Under the pieces are notes generated by a model. It was given only the letters and a program-made list of their open reading frames with translations. It made no database searches and was not told the origin of the DNA. From Escherichia virus KFS-EC3, in sequence record MZ065353.1: a stretch of 64,000 bases of DNA. One strand, written 5' to 3'. The translations under genes were made by a program, and so were the position numbers. Of this stretch, positions 9,063-17,517 are shown piece after piece. Each line of letters begins with the position of its first letter. Position 1 is the stretch's first letter.

Positions 9063-9245
9063 ATGTCTAAAGTATCAGGTTATCAATTATTAACACAAGA
9101 ACAACGCTCAGAGATGGATTCTTTACAAGAACGGTGTCAGCATAGAAATAACGCACTTGATTCATTTTTATTAGTTGAATATGAAAACTTGTGCTCTAGA
9201 CTTGAAAAAGAATATGTTCATCAACATGAAGGAGGAGAAGAATGA
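9063..9245 (+). CDS. hypothetical protein (60 aa)
   Basis: ATG after SD GGAG (alternative ATG at 9051); preceded by early promoter near 8998-9027. Confidence 0.45.
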   Translation: MSKVSGYQLLTQEQRSEMDSLQERCQHRNNALDSFLLVEYENLCSRLEKEYVHQHEGGEE

Positions 9246-9348
9246 AACTGAAATCACCAATTATTGCAATTTGTCTGTTTGCTTCTACTAGTGTTTACTT
9301 TTGTTGAAAATTGAGATACTATAAACATAAACTACTGAGGAGATTATC

Positions 9349-9642
9349 ATGAAAAAATTTATCTTTGCTGCAATTTTTGCTTTATCTTCTTGCGCTGCTC
9401 AGCCTGCTATGGCAGGTTATGATAAAGACTTGTGTGAATGGTCTATGACTGCAGATCAGACTGAAGTTGAAACTCAAATTGAAGCAGATATTATGAATAT
9501 CGTTGAGCGTGATCGTCCTGAAATGAAAGCTGAAGTGCAAAAACAGCTTAAGTCTGGTGGTGTAATGCAGTATAATTATGTTCTATATTGCGATAAAAAC
9601 TTTAATAATAAAAATATCGTCGCTGAAGTGGTAGGTGAATAA
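9349..9642 (+). CDS. sp: spackle periplasmic protein Sp
   Basis: 97 aa with cleavable signal peptide, same length as T4 Sp (61.3); SD GGAGATTATC. Confidence 0.8.
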   Translation: MKKFIFAAIFALSSCAAQPAMAGYDKDLCEWSMTADQTEVETQIEADIMNIVERDRPEMKAEVQKQLKSGGVMQYNYVLYCDKNFNNKNIVAEVVGE

Positions 9643-10268
9643 TGCTTTACCAAATGCACAAGTGCAAAGATACATACAAATATAAAGGTGCCCAGTGTTA
9701 TATCATTAATCGTGAAAACGCGGGTCCAGGTCATTCGCATCAATCACGGTTTGTATTCGTTAAAAACAATGAAATTATAGCAGTTGCTAATTACATGCTT
9801 GTGACTAATGACGTTAATCCGGTGCCTTTTACATATTATAATCTAATGGACTTGGCGTACGATTATAATTGGTTTAATCATGATAATTTGGCTCATATTG
9901 AAGGCGTAGGATTTGACATCTCTTATTCTAGTTACTCGTTATGTCCTATGAGCAGAGCTCATAAAGAGCCTGAATATTTTTCATTTCGTCGGCGTGTAGA
10001 CTTTAAACGCAGCACAGAGTATGTCGGTGGAATCTTTGTTAAAGATAATCGAATTACTCGCATTATTTATCCTTTGGGCTGTGGTCAAAAAGATATTGAT
10101 GTTGATTTAGACTTTACTGAAAACATCATTAATCATATTGCTTCTGTGTATTTTGATATTGATCACAAAATTGTAATATGTGGATATGAATTACCATCAG
10201 AAAAACAGTCTAAAGTGAATGTTTCTATTGATGACCAAATTTTTAATGCTTTTATGAATAGAGGTTAA
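9642..10268 (+). CDS. hypothetical protein, T4 61.2-like (208 aa)
   Basis: ORF start overlaps sp stop; position between sp and 61. Confidence 0.6.
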   Translation: MLYQMHKCKDTYKYKGAQCYIINRENAGPGHSHQSRFVFVKNNEIIAVANYMLVTNDVNPVPFTYYNLMDLAYDYNWFNHDNLAHIEGVGFDISYSSYSLCPMSRAHKEPEYFSFRRRVDFKRSTEYVGGIFVKDNRITRIIYPLGCGQKDIDVDLDFTENIINHIASVYFDIDHKIVICGYELPSEKQSKVNVSIDDQIFNAFMNRG

Positions 10269-10269
10269 T

Positions 10270-10434
10270 ATGAAAACATATAAAGAATTTATCAAAGAAG
10301 ATATGGTAGCTGGAGATTCAGGTGGTAATCCTGAAAATATCTCCACTGGAACAACATCAGGCGCTGTAGTAAATAAAGGTCCTGAACAGATTCCTAAAAA
10401 GAAAAAAGAGGAATCTAAAGAAAAAGAAGAGTAA
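10270..10434 (+). CDS. hypothetical small protein, T4 61.1-like (54 aa)
   Basis: Uninterrupted ORF filling the gap between 61.2-like and 61; below ORF-track cutoff. Confidence 0.4.
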   Translation: MKTYKEFIKEDMVAGDSGGNPENISTGTTSGAVVNKGPEQIPKKKKEESKEKEE

Positions 10435-10436
10435 AA

Positions 10437-11465
10437 ATGTCATCAATACCTTGGATTGATAATGAGTTTGCATATCGTGCATTAGCTCATTTACCTAAAT
10501 TCACACAAGTAAATAATAGTTCAACTTTTAAATTGCGGTTTAGATGCCCTGTTTGTGGAGATTCAAAAACCGACCAAAATAAAGCCCGTGGATGGTATTA
10601 TGGCGATAATAATGAAGGAAATATTCATTGTTATAACTGCAACTATCATGCACCAATCGGAATATATTTAAAGGAGTTTGAACCCGATTTATATCGTGAG
10701 TATATCTTTGAAATAAGAAAAGAAAAAGGTAAAAGTCGTCCAGTAGAAAAACCTAAAGAACTTCCTAAACAACCTGAGAAGAAAATAATTAAATCTCTTC
10801 CGTCATGCATTAGATTAGATAAATTGGCGGAAGACCATCCAATTATAAAATATGTAAAAGCTCGCTGTATTCCAAAGGATAAATGGAAATATCTTTGGTT
10901 TACAACCGAATGGCCTAAATTAGTTAATAGCATAGCACCAGGAACATACAAAAAGGAAATACCTGAGCCTCGTCTTGTTATTCCAATTTATAATGCTAAT
11001 GGAAAAGCTGAGTCTTTTCAAGGACGTGCATTAAAGAAAGATGCTCCTCAAAAATATATCACCATCAAAGCTTATCCTGAAGCAACAAAAATCTATGGCG
11101 TTGAACGAGTTAAAGATGGTGATGTATATGTTCTAGAAGGACCTATAGATTCACTTTTTATTGAAAATGGTATAGCTATTACAGGTGGTCAATTAGACCT
11201 AGAAATTGTTCCATTTAAAGATAGACGTGTGTGGGTTTTAGATAATGAACCTCGTCATCCTGACACTATTAAACGAATGACTAAATTAGTTGATGCAGGA
11301 GAAAGGGTTATGTTTTGGGACAAATCTCCCTGGAAATCAAAAGATGTTAATGATATGATTAGAAAGGAAGGTGCAACCCCTGAACAAATTATGGAATATA
11401 TGAAAAATAATATTGCCCAGGGGTTGATGGCTAAAATGCGGCTATCTAAATATGCTAAGATTTAA
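10437..11465 (+). CDS. 61: DNA primase gp61
   Basis: 342 aa; Zn-ribbon CPVCGDS...CYNC; matches T4 gp61 length. Confidence 0.95.
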   Translation: MSSIPWIDNEFAYRALAHLPKFTQVNNSSTFKLRFRCPVCGDSKTDQNKARGWYYGDNNEGNIHCYNCNYHAPIGIYLKEFEPDLYREYIFEIRKEKGKSRPVEKPKELPKQPEKKIIKSLPSCIRLDKLAEDHPIIKYVKARCIPKDKWKYLWFTTEWPKLVNSIAPGTYKKEIPEPRLVIPIYNANGKAESFQGRALKKDAPQKYITIKAYPEATKIYGVERVKDGDVYVLEGPIDSLFIENGIAITGGQLDLEIVPFKDRRVWVLDNEPRHPDTIKRMTKLVDAGERVMFWDKSPWKSKDVNDMIRKEGATPEQIMEYMKNNIAQGLMAKMRLSKYAKI

Positions 11466-11662
11466 ATTAACCCAACTAAAGCAAATGCTAAATCTACGAA
11501 TGTATCAAGAGTAATTACTGGAATATTAACACCATGAGCAATAGCAATTGGTGATAAAACAAAATTCCAAAGTAAAATTCCTACCATAGCAGAAATAGTA
11601 AAAGCTATACGTTTTTTATTACCTTTTATGGCATTAACAAGTGCCATTAATTTTTGTACCAT
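11462..11662 (-). CDS. small hydrophobic protein (66 aa), opposite strand
   Basis: SD GGAGG 4 nt before ATG; two TM-like segments; lies between 61 and 56. Confidence 0.4.
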   Translation of the reverse strand: MVQKLMALVNAIKGNKKRIAFTISAMVGILLWNFVLSPIAIAHGVNIPVITLDTFVDLAFALVGLI

Positions 11663-11673
11663 ATGTCCTCCTT

Positions 11674-11699
11674 ATTGCTTTATATATTTATTGTATAAT
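11674..11699 (+). promoter_or_regulatory. middle-mode promoter (MotA box) for gene 56
   Basis: ATTGCTTTA MotA-box-like motif, 11 nt spacer, TATAAT. Confidence 0.45.
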
Positions 11700-11733
11700 T
11701 AATCTACTAACCCATGAATTGAAAGGAAAAATA

Positions 11734-12252
11734 ATGGCTTACTTTAATGAATGTTCGCAACTGATCGAAGGCGCTGATAAAGCTCAAAATGAATACTGGG
11801 ATATTCTCGGTGACGAAAAAGACCCACTGCAAGTTATGCTTGATATGCAGAAATCTTTGCAGGTTCGTTTAGCTAAAGATAAACCTGAATATAACCGTCA
11901 TCCTGATGATTTGGCTACTGCAGGCGAAGTTGTCGATTGGCTGCGTAATCAGAAAGATTACATTGATGATGAATTCCGTGAACTTCTGACTTCTCTTGGT
12001 GGTATGAGCAATGGTGAAAAAGATGCATCTGCTGTATGGAAGCCTTGGAAGTCGCAGCATGGTGAACGTCGTGAAACTCTAATTACTGATTTGTCACCAC
12101 AAGACCAATTGGAAATTAAATTCGAAATGATTGATATTCTTCATTTCGTTCTGAACATGTTCCAAGGTCTCGGTCTTACGGCTGAAGAAATCTTTAAACT
12201 TTATTATCTGAAAAATGCTGAAAACTTCGCTCGTCAAGACCGAGGTTATTAA
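11734..12252 (+). CDS. 56: dCTPase/dUTPase gp56
   Basis: 171 aa from ATG after SD GGAAAAATA; matches T4 gp56 as recalled. Confidence 0.9.
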   Translation: MAYFNECSQLIEGADKAQNEYWDILGDEKDPLQVMLDMQKSLQVRLAKDKPEYNRHPDDLATAGEVVDWLRNQKDYIDDEFRELLTSLGGMSNGEKDASAVWKPWKSQHGERRETLITDLSPQDQLEIKFEMIDILHFVLNMFQGLGLTAEEIFKLYYLKNAENFARQDRGY

Positions 12253-12452
12253 TGGCTCGTTTAAATAAACGCCAGCTTAAGAAAGCCCACAAGAAACGTA
12301 TTGACCAGCTATTTAAAAATTATGACAAGGAGCTCGTATGTGAGCTCTTATCTAATCAGCTCCACAAAGCTTACACAATTAAAACTGGACATATACAATT
12401 AGGTAAGGTGCATGAAGAAGCCTTAAAATTAATTATAGAGCATTCAAAATGA
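12252..12452 (+). CDS. hypothetical basic protein (66 aa)
   Basis: ORF with overlapping stop/start (TAATG) after gene 56. Confidence 0.45.
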   Translation: MARLNKRQLKKAHKKRIDQLFKNYDKELVCELLSNQLHKAYTIKTGHIQLGKVHEEALKLIIEHSK

Positions 12453-12658
12453 AATTTGATTTTTATGCATGGCAAAAAGCCGGGAGACCGGCTAGTCGAG
12501 CATTTGGTTCTGATGGATATAATATTAGAGCTCATTGGAAGTTTAATGCTCCAGACGATTATTCTCCGGTAGTTATTAACGGTGATGTTGTTATATTAAC
12601 TAAAATTGGATATTTTAGCGTTCCACGAGAATTTATTATAAATAATCATGTAATTTAA
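12449..12658 (+). CDS. hypothetical protein (69 aa)
   Basis: ORF overlapping previous stop (ATGA). Confidence 0.45.
   Translation: MKFDFYAWQKAGRPASRAFGSDGYNIRAHWKFNAPDDYSPVVINGDVVILTKIGYFSVPREFIINNHVI
12637..12644 (+). promoter_or_regulatory. late promoter (TATAAATA) for soc
   Basis: Exact T4 late-promoter -10 octamer about 30 nt upstream of soc. Confidence 0.5.
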
Positions 12659-12674
12659 ATAAAAGGAGAATTAC

Positions 12675-12920
12675 ATGGCTAGTACTCGCGGTTATGTTAA
12701 TATCAAAACGTTTGAGCAGAAATTAGATGGAAATAAGAAAATTGAAGGAAAGGAAATTTCTGTAGCTTTCCCTCTTTATTCTGACGTTCACAAAATTTCT
12801 GGCTCTCATTACCAGACATTCCCTTCAGAAAAAGCAGCATATTCTACAGTATATGAAGAAAATCAACGTACTGAATGGATTACTGCAAACGAAGATTTGT
12901 GGAAAGTAACTGGTGAATAA
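12675..12920 (+). CDS. soc: small outer capsid protein Soc
   Basis: 81 aa, near-identical to T4 Soc as recalled; SD AAGGAGAATT. Confidence 0.9.
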   Translation: MASTRGYVNIKTFEQKLDGNKKIEGKEISVAFPLYSDVHKISGSHYQTFPSEKAAYSTVYEENQRTEWITANEDLWKVTGE

Positions 12921-12926
12921 TTTCAA

Positions 12927-12950
12927 GGACTCCTCCGGGAGTCCTTTTTT
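12927..12950 (+). terminator. Rho-independent terminator after soc
   Basis: Hairpin GGACTCC-TCCG-GGAGTCC followed by TTTTTT. Confidence 0.7.
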
Positions 12951-12960
12951 CATTTTACCG

Positions 12961-12990
12961 GTTTACTTTCTAAAATGAGTATGGTATAAT
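12961..12990 (+). promoter_or_regulatory. early promoter
   Basis: TTTACT-N17-TATAAT. Confidence 0.5.
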
Positions 12991-13016
12991 AGAATTATCT
13001 TATAGAGGAGAGCACT

Positions 13017-13223
13017 ATGTTAAATCGCTGGATTAAACCAAATGAAGATTTAGATATTATCATTTCACGGCATGTAATGAAGAAATATGAACTACAGCCA
13101 TGGTCTACAGAAGTTGTTGTGCATTCATTTATGATGTACGCAGATGGTTCTGTCGAATTTAATGCAGAGATTCGATATGATTATGGCGAGAAGCAAGTCG
13201 AATTCAAGAGAGGCTTTTTGTAA
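13017..13223 (+). CDS. hypothetical protein (68 aa)
   Basis: ORF with SD AGAGGAGAG. Confidence 0.45.
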   Translation: MLNRWIKPNEDLDIIISRHVMKKYELQPWSTEVVVHSFMMYADGSVEFNAEIRYDYGEKQVEFKRGFL

Positions 13224-13564
13224 TGTTTATCTTTAATTGGTTTAAAAGCTTCTTTACGGATTTTTTCTCTACGACTCCCGGAGAAGGTGTAGTTCCTATT
13301 TCAAATGACTACCTTCCTTTAACTGTAGTTGAATATGTTTATATGGGAGATGGAACAGTAGAAGCAGTTACTATGACTTATGAAGAAGCCCAAGAATATT
13401 ATAAAAATCCTTGGCGCTGGTCAACACCTACTACATCATCTAATACGCAGAATACGCAGTCTAGTTCTGATTCATATGATACTAATGTTCCTGTTCATGT
13501 ATGGACGGGCGATTCGTGTGGAAGTTCTTGTGATTCTAGTTGTTCATCTACATCTTGTGATTGA
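13223..13564 (+). CDS. hypothetical protein (113 aa) with Ser/Cys-rich C-terminus
   Basis: ORF start overlaps previous stop; C-terminal [18 protein letters not shown]. Confidence 0.4.
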   Translation: MFIFNWFKSFFTDFFSTTPGEGVVPISNDYLPLTVVEYVYMGDGTVEAVTMTYEEAQEYYKNPWRWSTPTTSSNTQNTQSSSDSYDTNVPVHVWTGDSCGSSCDSSCSSTSCD

Positions 13565-13572
13565 GGAAAATT

Positions 13573-14058
13573 ATGGAAGCGATTTTGTTTGAAATGTATA
13601 TTAGCAGTAATAGTATGTCGTTTGCTAAAGACGTTCCAATTACCGTAGCAGTAATGATTGATAAGGGTTATTGTGACCCAATGTATCTCGTAGAAAATTT
13701 TGTTTCAATGCCAGTTCCAGAAGATGCTGAAATAAAACTTAAAAAGATCGGAATTATTGAAACTGTACCAAATATTCCATTTAGAGCAATTGAAGCATTT
13801 ACTAAATCCGAATACATTAATGTTAGCGCAGAACAATATAATGATAAACCTTTATCTTTCTATTCGTATGATTCAGTATATAGCTGGAAAATAGATAAAG
13901 GAAATAAATTTATAATTGTGAGTGAAGATGCTTTATCATACTTTATTTCTTCTGTATGGAATAGTTTACATCCAAATTTGCTAAAAATTCATGAATTTGA
14001 TGATGCTCCTACTGTTGTTTTAGGTAAAACAAATGAAAGTTCTGAAGAAAATGTTTGA
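13573..14058 (+). CDS. hypothetical protein (161 aa), possibly Mrh-like by position and length
   Basis: ATG after SD GAGGAAAATT; between soc and modB. Confidence 0.45.
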   Translation: MEAILFEMYISSNSMSFAKDVPITVAVMIDKGYCDPMYLVENFVSMPVPEDAEIKLKKIGIIETVPNIPFRAIEAFTKSEYINVSAEQYNDKPLSFYSYDSVYSWKIDKGNKFIIVSEDALSYFISSVWNSLHPNLLKIHEFDDAPTVVLGKTNESSEENV

Positions 14059-14236
14059 ATGGTTCAATAGACCAAACTCAATGTACATTGACGATGGTTG
14101 GGTTGAACAAGCAAATAAAGAAATGCAGAACGAATCAGAAGAATGGATGAAATCAATGATTAGTGCTGAGAAAGAAAAGAAATTAGAACGCTCAGCGCTT
14201 AAATTGATGAGAGACATCTATGGGGATAAATCATGA
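14033..14236 (+). CDS. hypothetical protein (61-67 aa)
   Basis: ORF overlapping previous gene end; alternative ATG at 14051. Confidence 0.35.
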   Translation: MKVLKKMFEWFNRPNSMYIDDGWVEQANKEMQNESEEWMKSMISAEKEKKLERSALKLMRDIYGDKS

Positions 14237-14397
14237 ACAGAGATATGACGCTAGAAGAGGCCAAGGCTAAAGCAAATGAAGCATTGGATTTGCTTCTTAA
14301 AATTGGCAGTAAAATGATGGAAGAAAATGAGAAATATATCCAGGAAAACAAAATTCCTGACGGCCCATTAGTAGGCAAGAGGAAATCACATGATTGA
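14233..14397 (+). CDS. hypothetical small protein (54 aa)
   Basis: ATGA overlap with previous stop; below ORF-track cutoff. Confidence 0.3.
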   Translation: MNRDMTLEEAKAKANEALDLLLKIGSKMMEENEKYIQENKIPDGPLVGKRKSHD

Positions 14398-14860
14398 AGT
14401 AGCAAAACATTATTCAATAGAATTTATGTCCAAAGAAGGTAAATCAGTAAATACACTTGATAAAAAGTGCTCATTAATTATTCCTTTAGCAGAAAATCCG
14501 GATCTTTTAATTAAAGATATAAAAGAAAGAAAATATCCAGAAAATGTTATTCTAATTATAAAGCATACTGAAGATATTTTGCAGAATACTGATTCACCAT
14601 TTTCTTCTTCTGAAGCTTTAACTATTAAAGGCTATAAAAGAGCTCATGAATATGGTCTTTTTGACCTGTTTGAAGACGATAAAGTTAAATTAGTTAGTCA
14701 ACCTTCTAAAAGTAAAACATTCATTATTGAAGATATTAAAGATATAAATGCATTCGTTAAGATGGTCTGGGCTCATTTTGATGTTGGACTACGCTGGAGA
14801 ATGTCCGAAGAAGAAAGAAAGATTATTGAAGCTAATCGTCAATTTGGTTTTTATCGCTAG
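14390..14860 (+). CDS. hypothetical protein (156 aa)
   Basis: ORF with SD AAGAGGAAATC. Confidence 0.5.
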   Translation: MIEVAKHYSIEFMSKEGKSVNTLDKKCSLIIPLAENPDLLIKDIKERKYPENVILIIKHTEDILQNTDSPFSSSEALTIKGYKRAHEYGLFDLFEDDKVKLVSQPSKSKTFIIEDIKDINAFVKMVWAHFDVGLRWRMSEEERKIIEANRQFGFYR

Positions 14861-14868
14861 GAATTAAT

Positions 14869-15051
14869 ATGGATTTATTTGAGATGTTAGAAGATAATCA
14901 TTCTACGAATATCCAGAATGATTCTAGTGATTATAAGAAAGAGTACCGTATAGTATTACAGAATTATGGAATTGAAGCCCCAGATGCTCTTCTAGAAGAA
15001 CTAGCTTCATACCATCTTGACCCTCCGCCCTGGGCTCCCTGGGCAAAATAA
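14869..15051 (+). CDS. hypothetical protein (60 aa)
   Basis: ORF directly following previous gene. Confidence 0.4.
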   Translation: MDLFEMLEDNHSTNIQNDSSDYKKEYRIVLQNYGIEAPDALLEELASYHLDPPPWAPWAK

Positions 15052-15118
15052 TTCAAAAAGTTGTTTACTTTCCTTCCTAACAATGATATGATAGCTTCTG
15101 AAGTATATGGAGGCTATC

Positions 15119-15742
15119 ATGATTATTAATCTTGCAGATGTTGAACAGTTATCTATAAAAGCTGAAAGCGTTGATTTTCAATATGATATGTATAAAAAAG
15201 TCTGTGAAAAATTTACTGACTTTGAGCAGTCAGTTCTTTGGCAATGTATGGAAGCCAAAAAGAATGAAGCTCTTCATCGGCAGTTGAATAAAATCATTAA
15301 AAAGCATTTAACTGAATCACCTTATCAGTTATATCGTGGTATATCAAAATCGACAAAAGAACTCATTAAAGATTTACAAGTTGGAGAAGTGTTTTCAACG
15401 AACAGAGTAGATTCATTTACTACTAGTTTGCATACAGCGTGTTCTTTTTCTTATGCTGAATATTTCACTGAAATAATATTTCGCTTAAAAACTGATAAAG
15501 CTTTTAATTACTCTGACCATATCAGCGATATTATACTTTCTTCTCCTAATACTGAGTTTAAGTATACATATGAAGATACTGATGGATTAGATTCAGAACG
15601 TACTGATAACTTAATGATGATTGTGCGTGAACAAGAATGGATGATTCCAATTGGAAAGTATAAAATAACTTCTATTTCAAAAGAAAAATTACACGATTCG
15701 TTTGGAACATTTAAAGTGTATGATATTGAGGTAGTTGAATGA
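15119..15742 (+). CDS. modB: ADP-ribosyltransferase ModB
   Basis: 207 aa from ATG after SD GGAGG; R (LYRG), S-T-N (FSTN) and E-x-E (EQEWMIP) motifs. Confidence 0.8.
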   Translation: MIINLADVEQLSIKAESVDFQYDMYKKVCEKFTDFEQSVLWQCMEAKKNEALHRQLNKIIKKHLTESPYQLYRGISKSTKELIKDLQVGEVFSTNRVDSFTTSLHTACSFSYAEYFTEIIFRLKTDKAFNYSDHISDIILSSPNTEFKYTYEDTDGLDSERTDNLMMIVREQEWMIPIGKYKITSISKEKLHDSFGTFKVYDIEVVE

Positions 15743-16341
15743 AATATTCAGCAATGCAATTAAAAGATTTTAAAATCAAATCAATGGATGCATCTGTGCG
15801 TGCTTCTATTCGTGAAGAATTACTTTCTGAAGGATTTAATTTATCCGAAATTGAACTTTTAATTCATTGTATTACTAATAAGCCAGACGATCATTCTTGG
15901 TTAAATGAAATAATCAAATCTCGTTTGGTTCCAAACGATAAACCTCTTTGGAGAGGTGTTCCAGTTGAGACTAAACAGGTGTTAAATCAAGGAATTGATA
16001 TTATTACATTTGATAAAGTAGTATCAGCTTCATATGATAAAAATATAGCTCTGCATTTTGCTTCTGGATTAGAATACAACACGCAAGTTATTTTTGAATT
16101 CAAAGCTCCTATGGTGTTTAATTTCCAGGAGTATGCTATAAAAGCTTTACGCTGTAAAGAATATAGCCCAAGTTTTAAATTTCCGGATAGCCACCGTTAT
16201 CGTAATATGGAATTAGTTTCAGATGAACAAGAAGTAATGATACCAGCTGGAAGTGTATTTAGAATTGCGGATAGATATGAGTATAAAAAGTATTCAACAT
16301 ACACTATCTATACTCTTGATTTTGAAGGATTTAATCTATAA
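15739..16341 (+). CDS. modA: ADP-ribosyltransferase ModA
   Basis: 200 aa; LWRG, S-x-S and EQEVMIP motifs; tandem with modB as in T4. Confidence 0.8.
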   Translation: MKYSAMQLKDFKIKSMDASVRASIREELLSEGFNLSEIELLIHCITNKPDDHSWLNEIIKSRLVPNDKPLWRGVPVETKQVLNQGIDIITFDKVVSASYDKNIALHFASGLEYNTQVIFEFKAPMVFNFQEYAIKALRCKEYSPSFKFPDSHRYRNMELVSDEQEVMIPAGSVFRIADRYEYKKYSTYTIYTLDFEGFNL

Positions 16342-16397
16342 TGGAAGGACTTAGATTCATTATACCATGAAAGTTTTAAAGCATTTTTCATAAAGTT

Positions 16398-16427
16398 GTT
16401 TACAAGCTGAAGTAAAAATGTTATAGT
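16398..16427 (+). promoter_or_regulatory. early promoter upstream of srd-like gene
   Basis: TTTACA-N17-TATAGT. Confidence 0.5.
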
Positions 16428-16457
16428 ATAAGTAGTTAACCCGTCCGTGAGAAAAAT

Positions 16458-17204
16458 ATGAAACTGTCTAAAAATCAAATTCGTAAAATTACACGTCGTT
16501 TAGAGCATACTCAGGCATCTGCCAAAAGACGTTCTAAAGATTTTAACTTAGACTTCAATTACATTAAGAACATTTTAGATCAGAAAGTTTGCGCTTACTC
16601 GGGAGAACCTTTTGATAATCGTATTGAAGGAGAGAAATTATCATTAGAACGTTTTGATAATAACGTTGGATACATTAAAGGGAATGTTATTGCAGTAAAG
16701 AAAAAGTACAATACATTTCGTTCTGATTATACTTTAGAAGAGTTGATTGAAAAGCGTGATTTGTTTGCTTTACGAATTGGTCGTTCATCTGCGAAAAAAG
16801 TTCATAAACTAAATTTAGATGAAAAGAAATGGGCTAAAATCAAAAAGACTTATAATCAAATTAAAGCTATACAGAAAAAACGCGAAAACCGAATTGAGCA
16901 CATTTCTCAGCTTTCTAAATCAAAACAAACTTCTGACGTTAAGCTAACGATTATAGCACTTAAAGCTCGTATTGATGGTTCTCGTATAGCAGAAGGCGCT
17001 GAAGTTGTTAAATTGAACGTTCTTCTTAAAGGCTCGGATTGGAAAACTGTGAAAAAGTTGTCAGAAGCAGAAATGCAATATGATATGTGTGATAAAATTA
17101 TTCAAGGTGTAGAGCGGTATCAAAACTTGTCTTTTATTGATAAACTTAAACTGAAAAGAGGATACCCGCTAAATTGTTCAATTTTTAAACTTATCCGAGG
17201 ATAA
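16458..17204 (+). CDS. srd: Srd-like protein (248 aa)
   Basis: Basic protein of expected size between modA and dda; no motif verified. Confidence 0.55.
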   Translation: MKLSKNQIRKITRRLEHTQASAKRRSKDFNLDFNYIKNILDQKVCAYSGEPFDNRIEGEKLSLERFDNNVGYIKGNVIAVKKKYNTFRSDYTLEELIEKRDLFALRIGRSSAKKVHKLNLDEKKWAKIKKTYNQIKAIQKKRENRIEHISQLSKSKQTSDVKLTIIALKARIDGSRIAEGAEVVKLNVLLKGSDWKTVKKLSEAEMQYDMCDKIIQGVERYQNLSFIDKLKLKRGYPLNCSIFKLIRG

Positions 17205-17205
17205 T

Positions 17206-17517
17206 ATGTTTTATGTATATGCGATAGTGTATAGAGATAAAGATGGATTTGCGGTGCCTGTTCCTCTTGATGAACATCGTCCTGCTGTATTTTTTGAAAG
17301 GGAGATTGCCGATAAAGTTTTTACAACTCTTAAAGAGCAGTATCGACTAGCTTTAGGTATGGGAATTCCGAGATTAGTTGAGACTCCACGCAAGTTTTGG
17401 TTTAATAAAATAGAAGTTAAACATGTTAAGCCTGATGTAGACACACAAAGATTATATCGGCGAATTTTAGATACTGGGCGTATTGTTAGTATACCAATTG
17501 CAGGGAATTTACGATGA
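17206..17517 (+). CDS. hypothetical protein (103 aa), dda.1-like position
   Basis: ORF with SD GAGGATAAT. Confidence 0.5.
   Translation: MFYVYAIVYRDKDGFAVPVPLDEHRPAVFFEREIADKVFTTLKEQYRLALGMGIPRLVETPRKFWFNKIEVKHVKPDVDTQRLYRRILDTGRIVSIPIAGNLR

Noticed and set aside
11641-11733. N-terminal 31-codon extension of gene 56 in the ORF track
   Set aside because: It overlaps the start and RBS of the minus-strand ORF and the MotA-box promoter; the ATG at 11734 has a proper SD and gives the expected 171-aa dCTPase.
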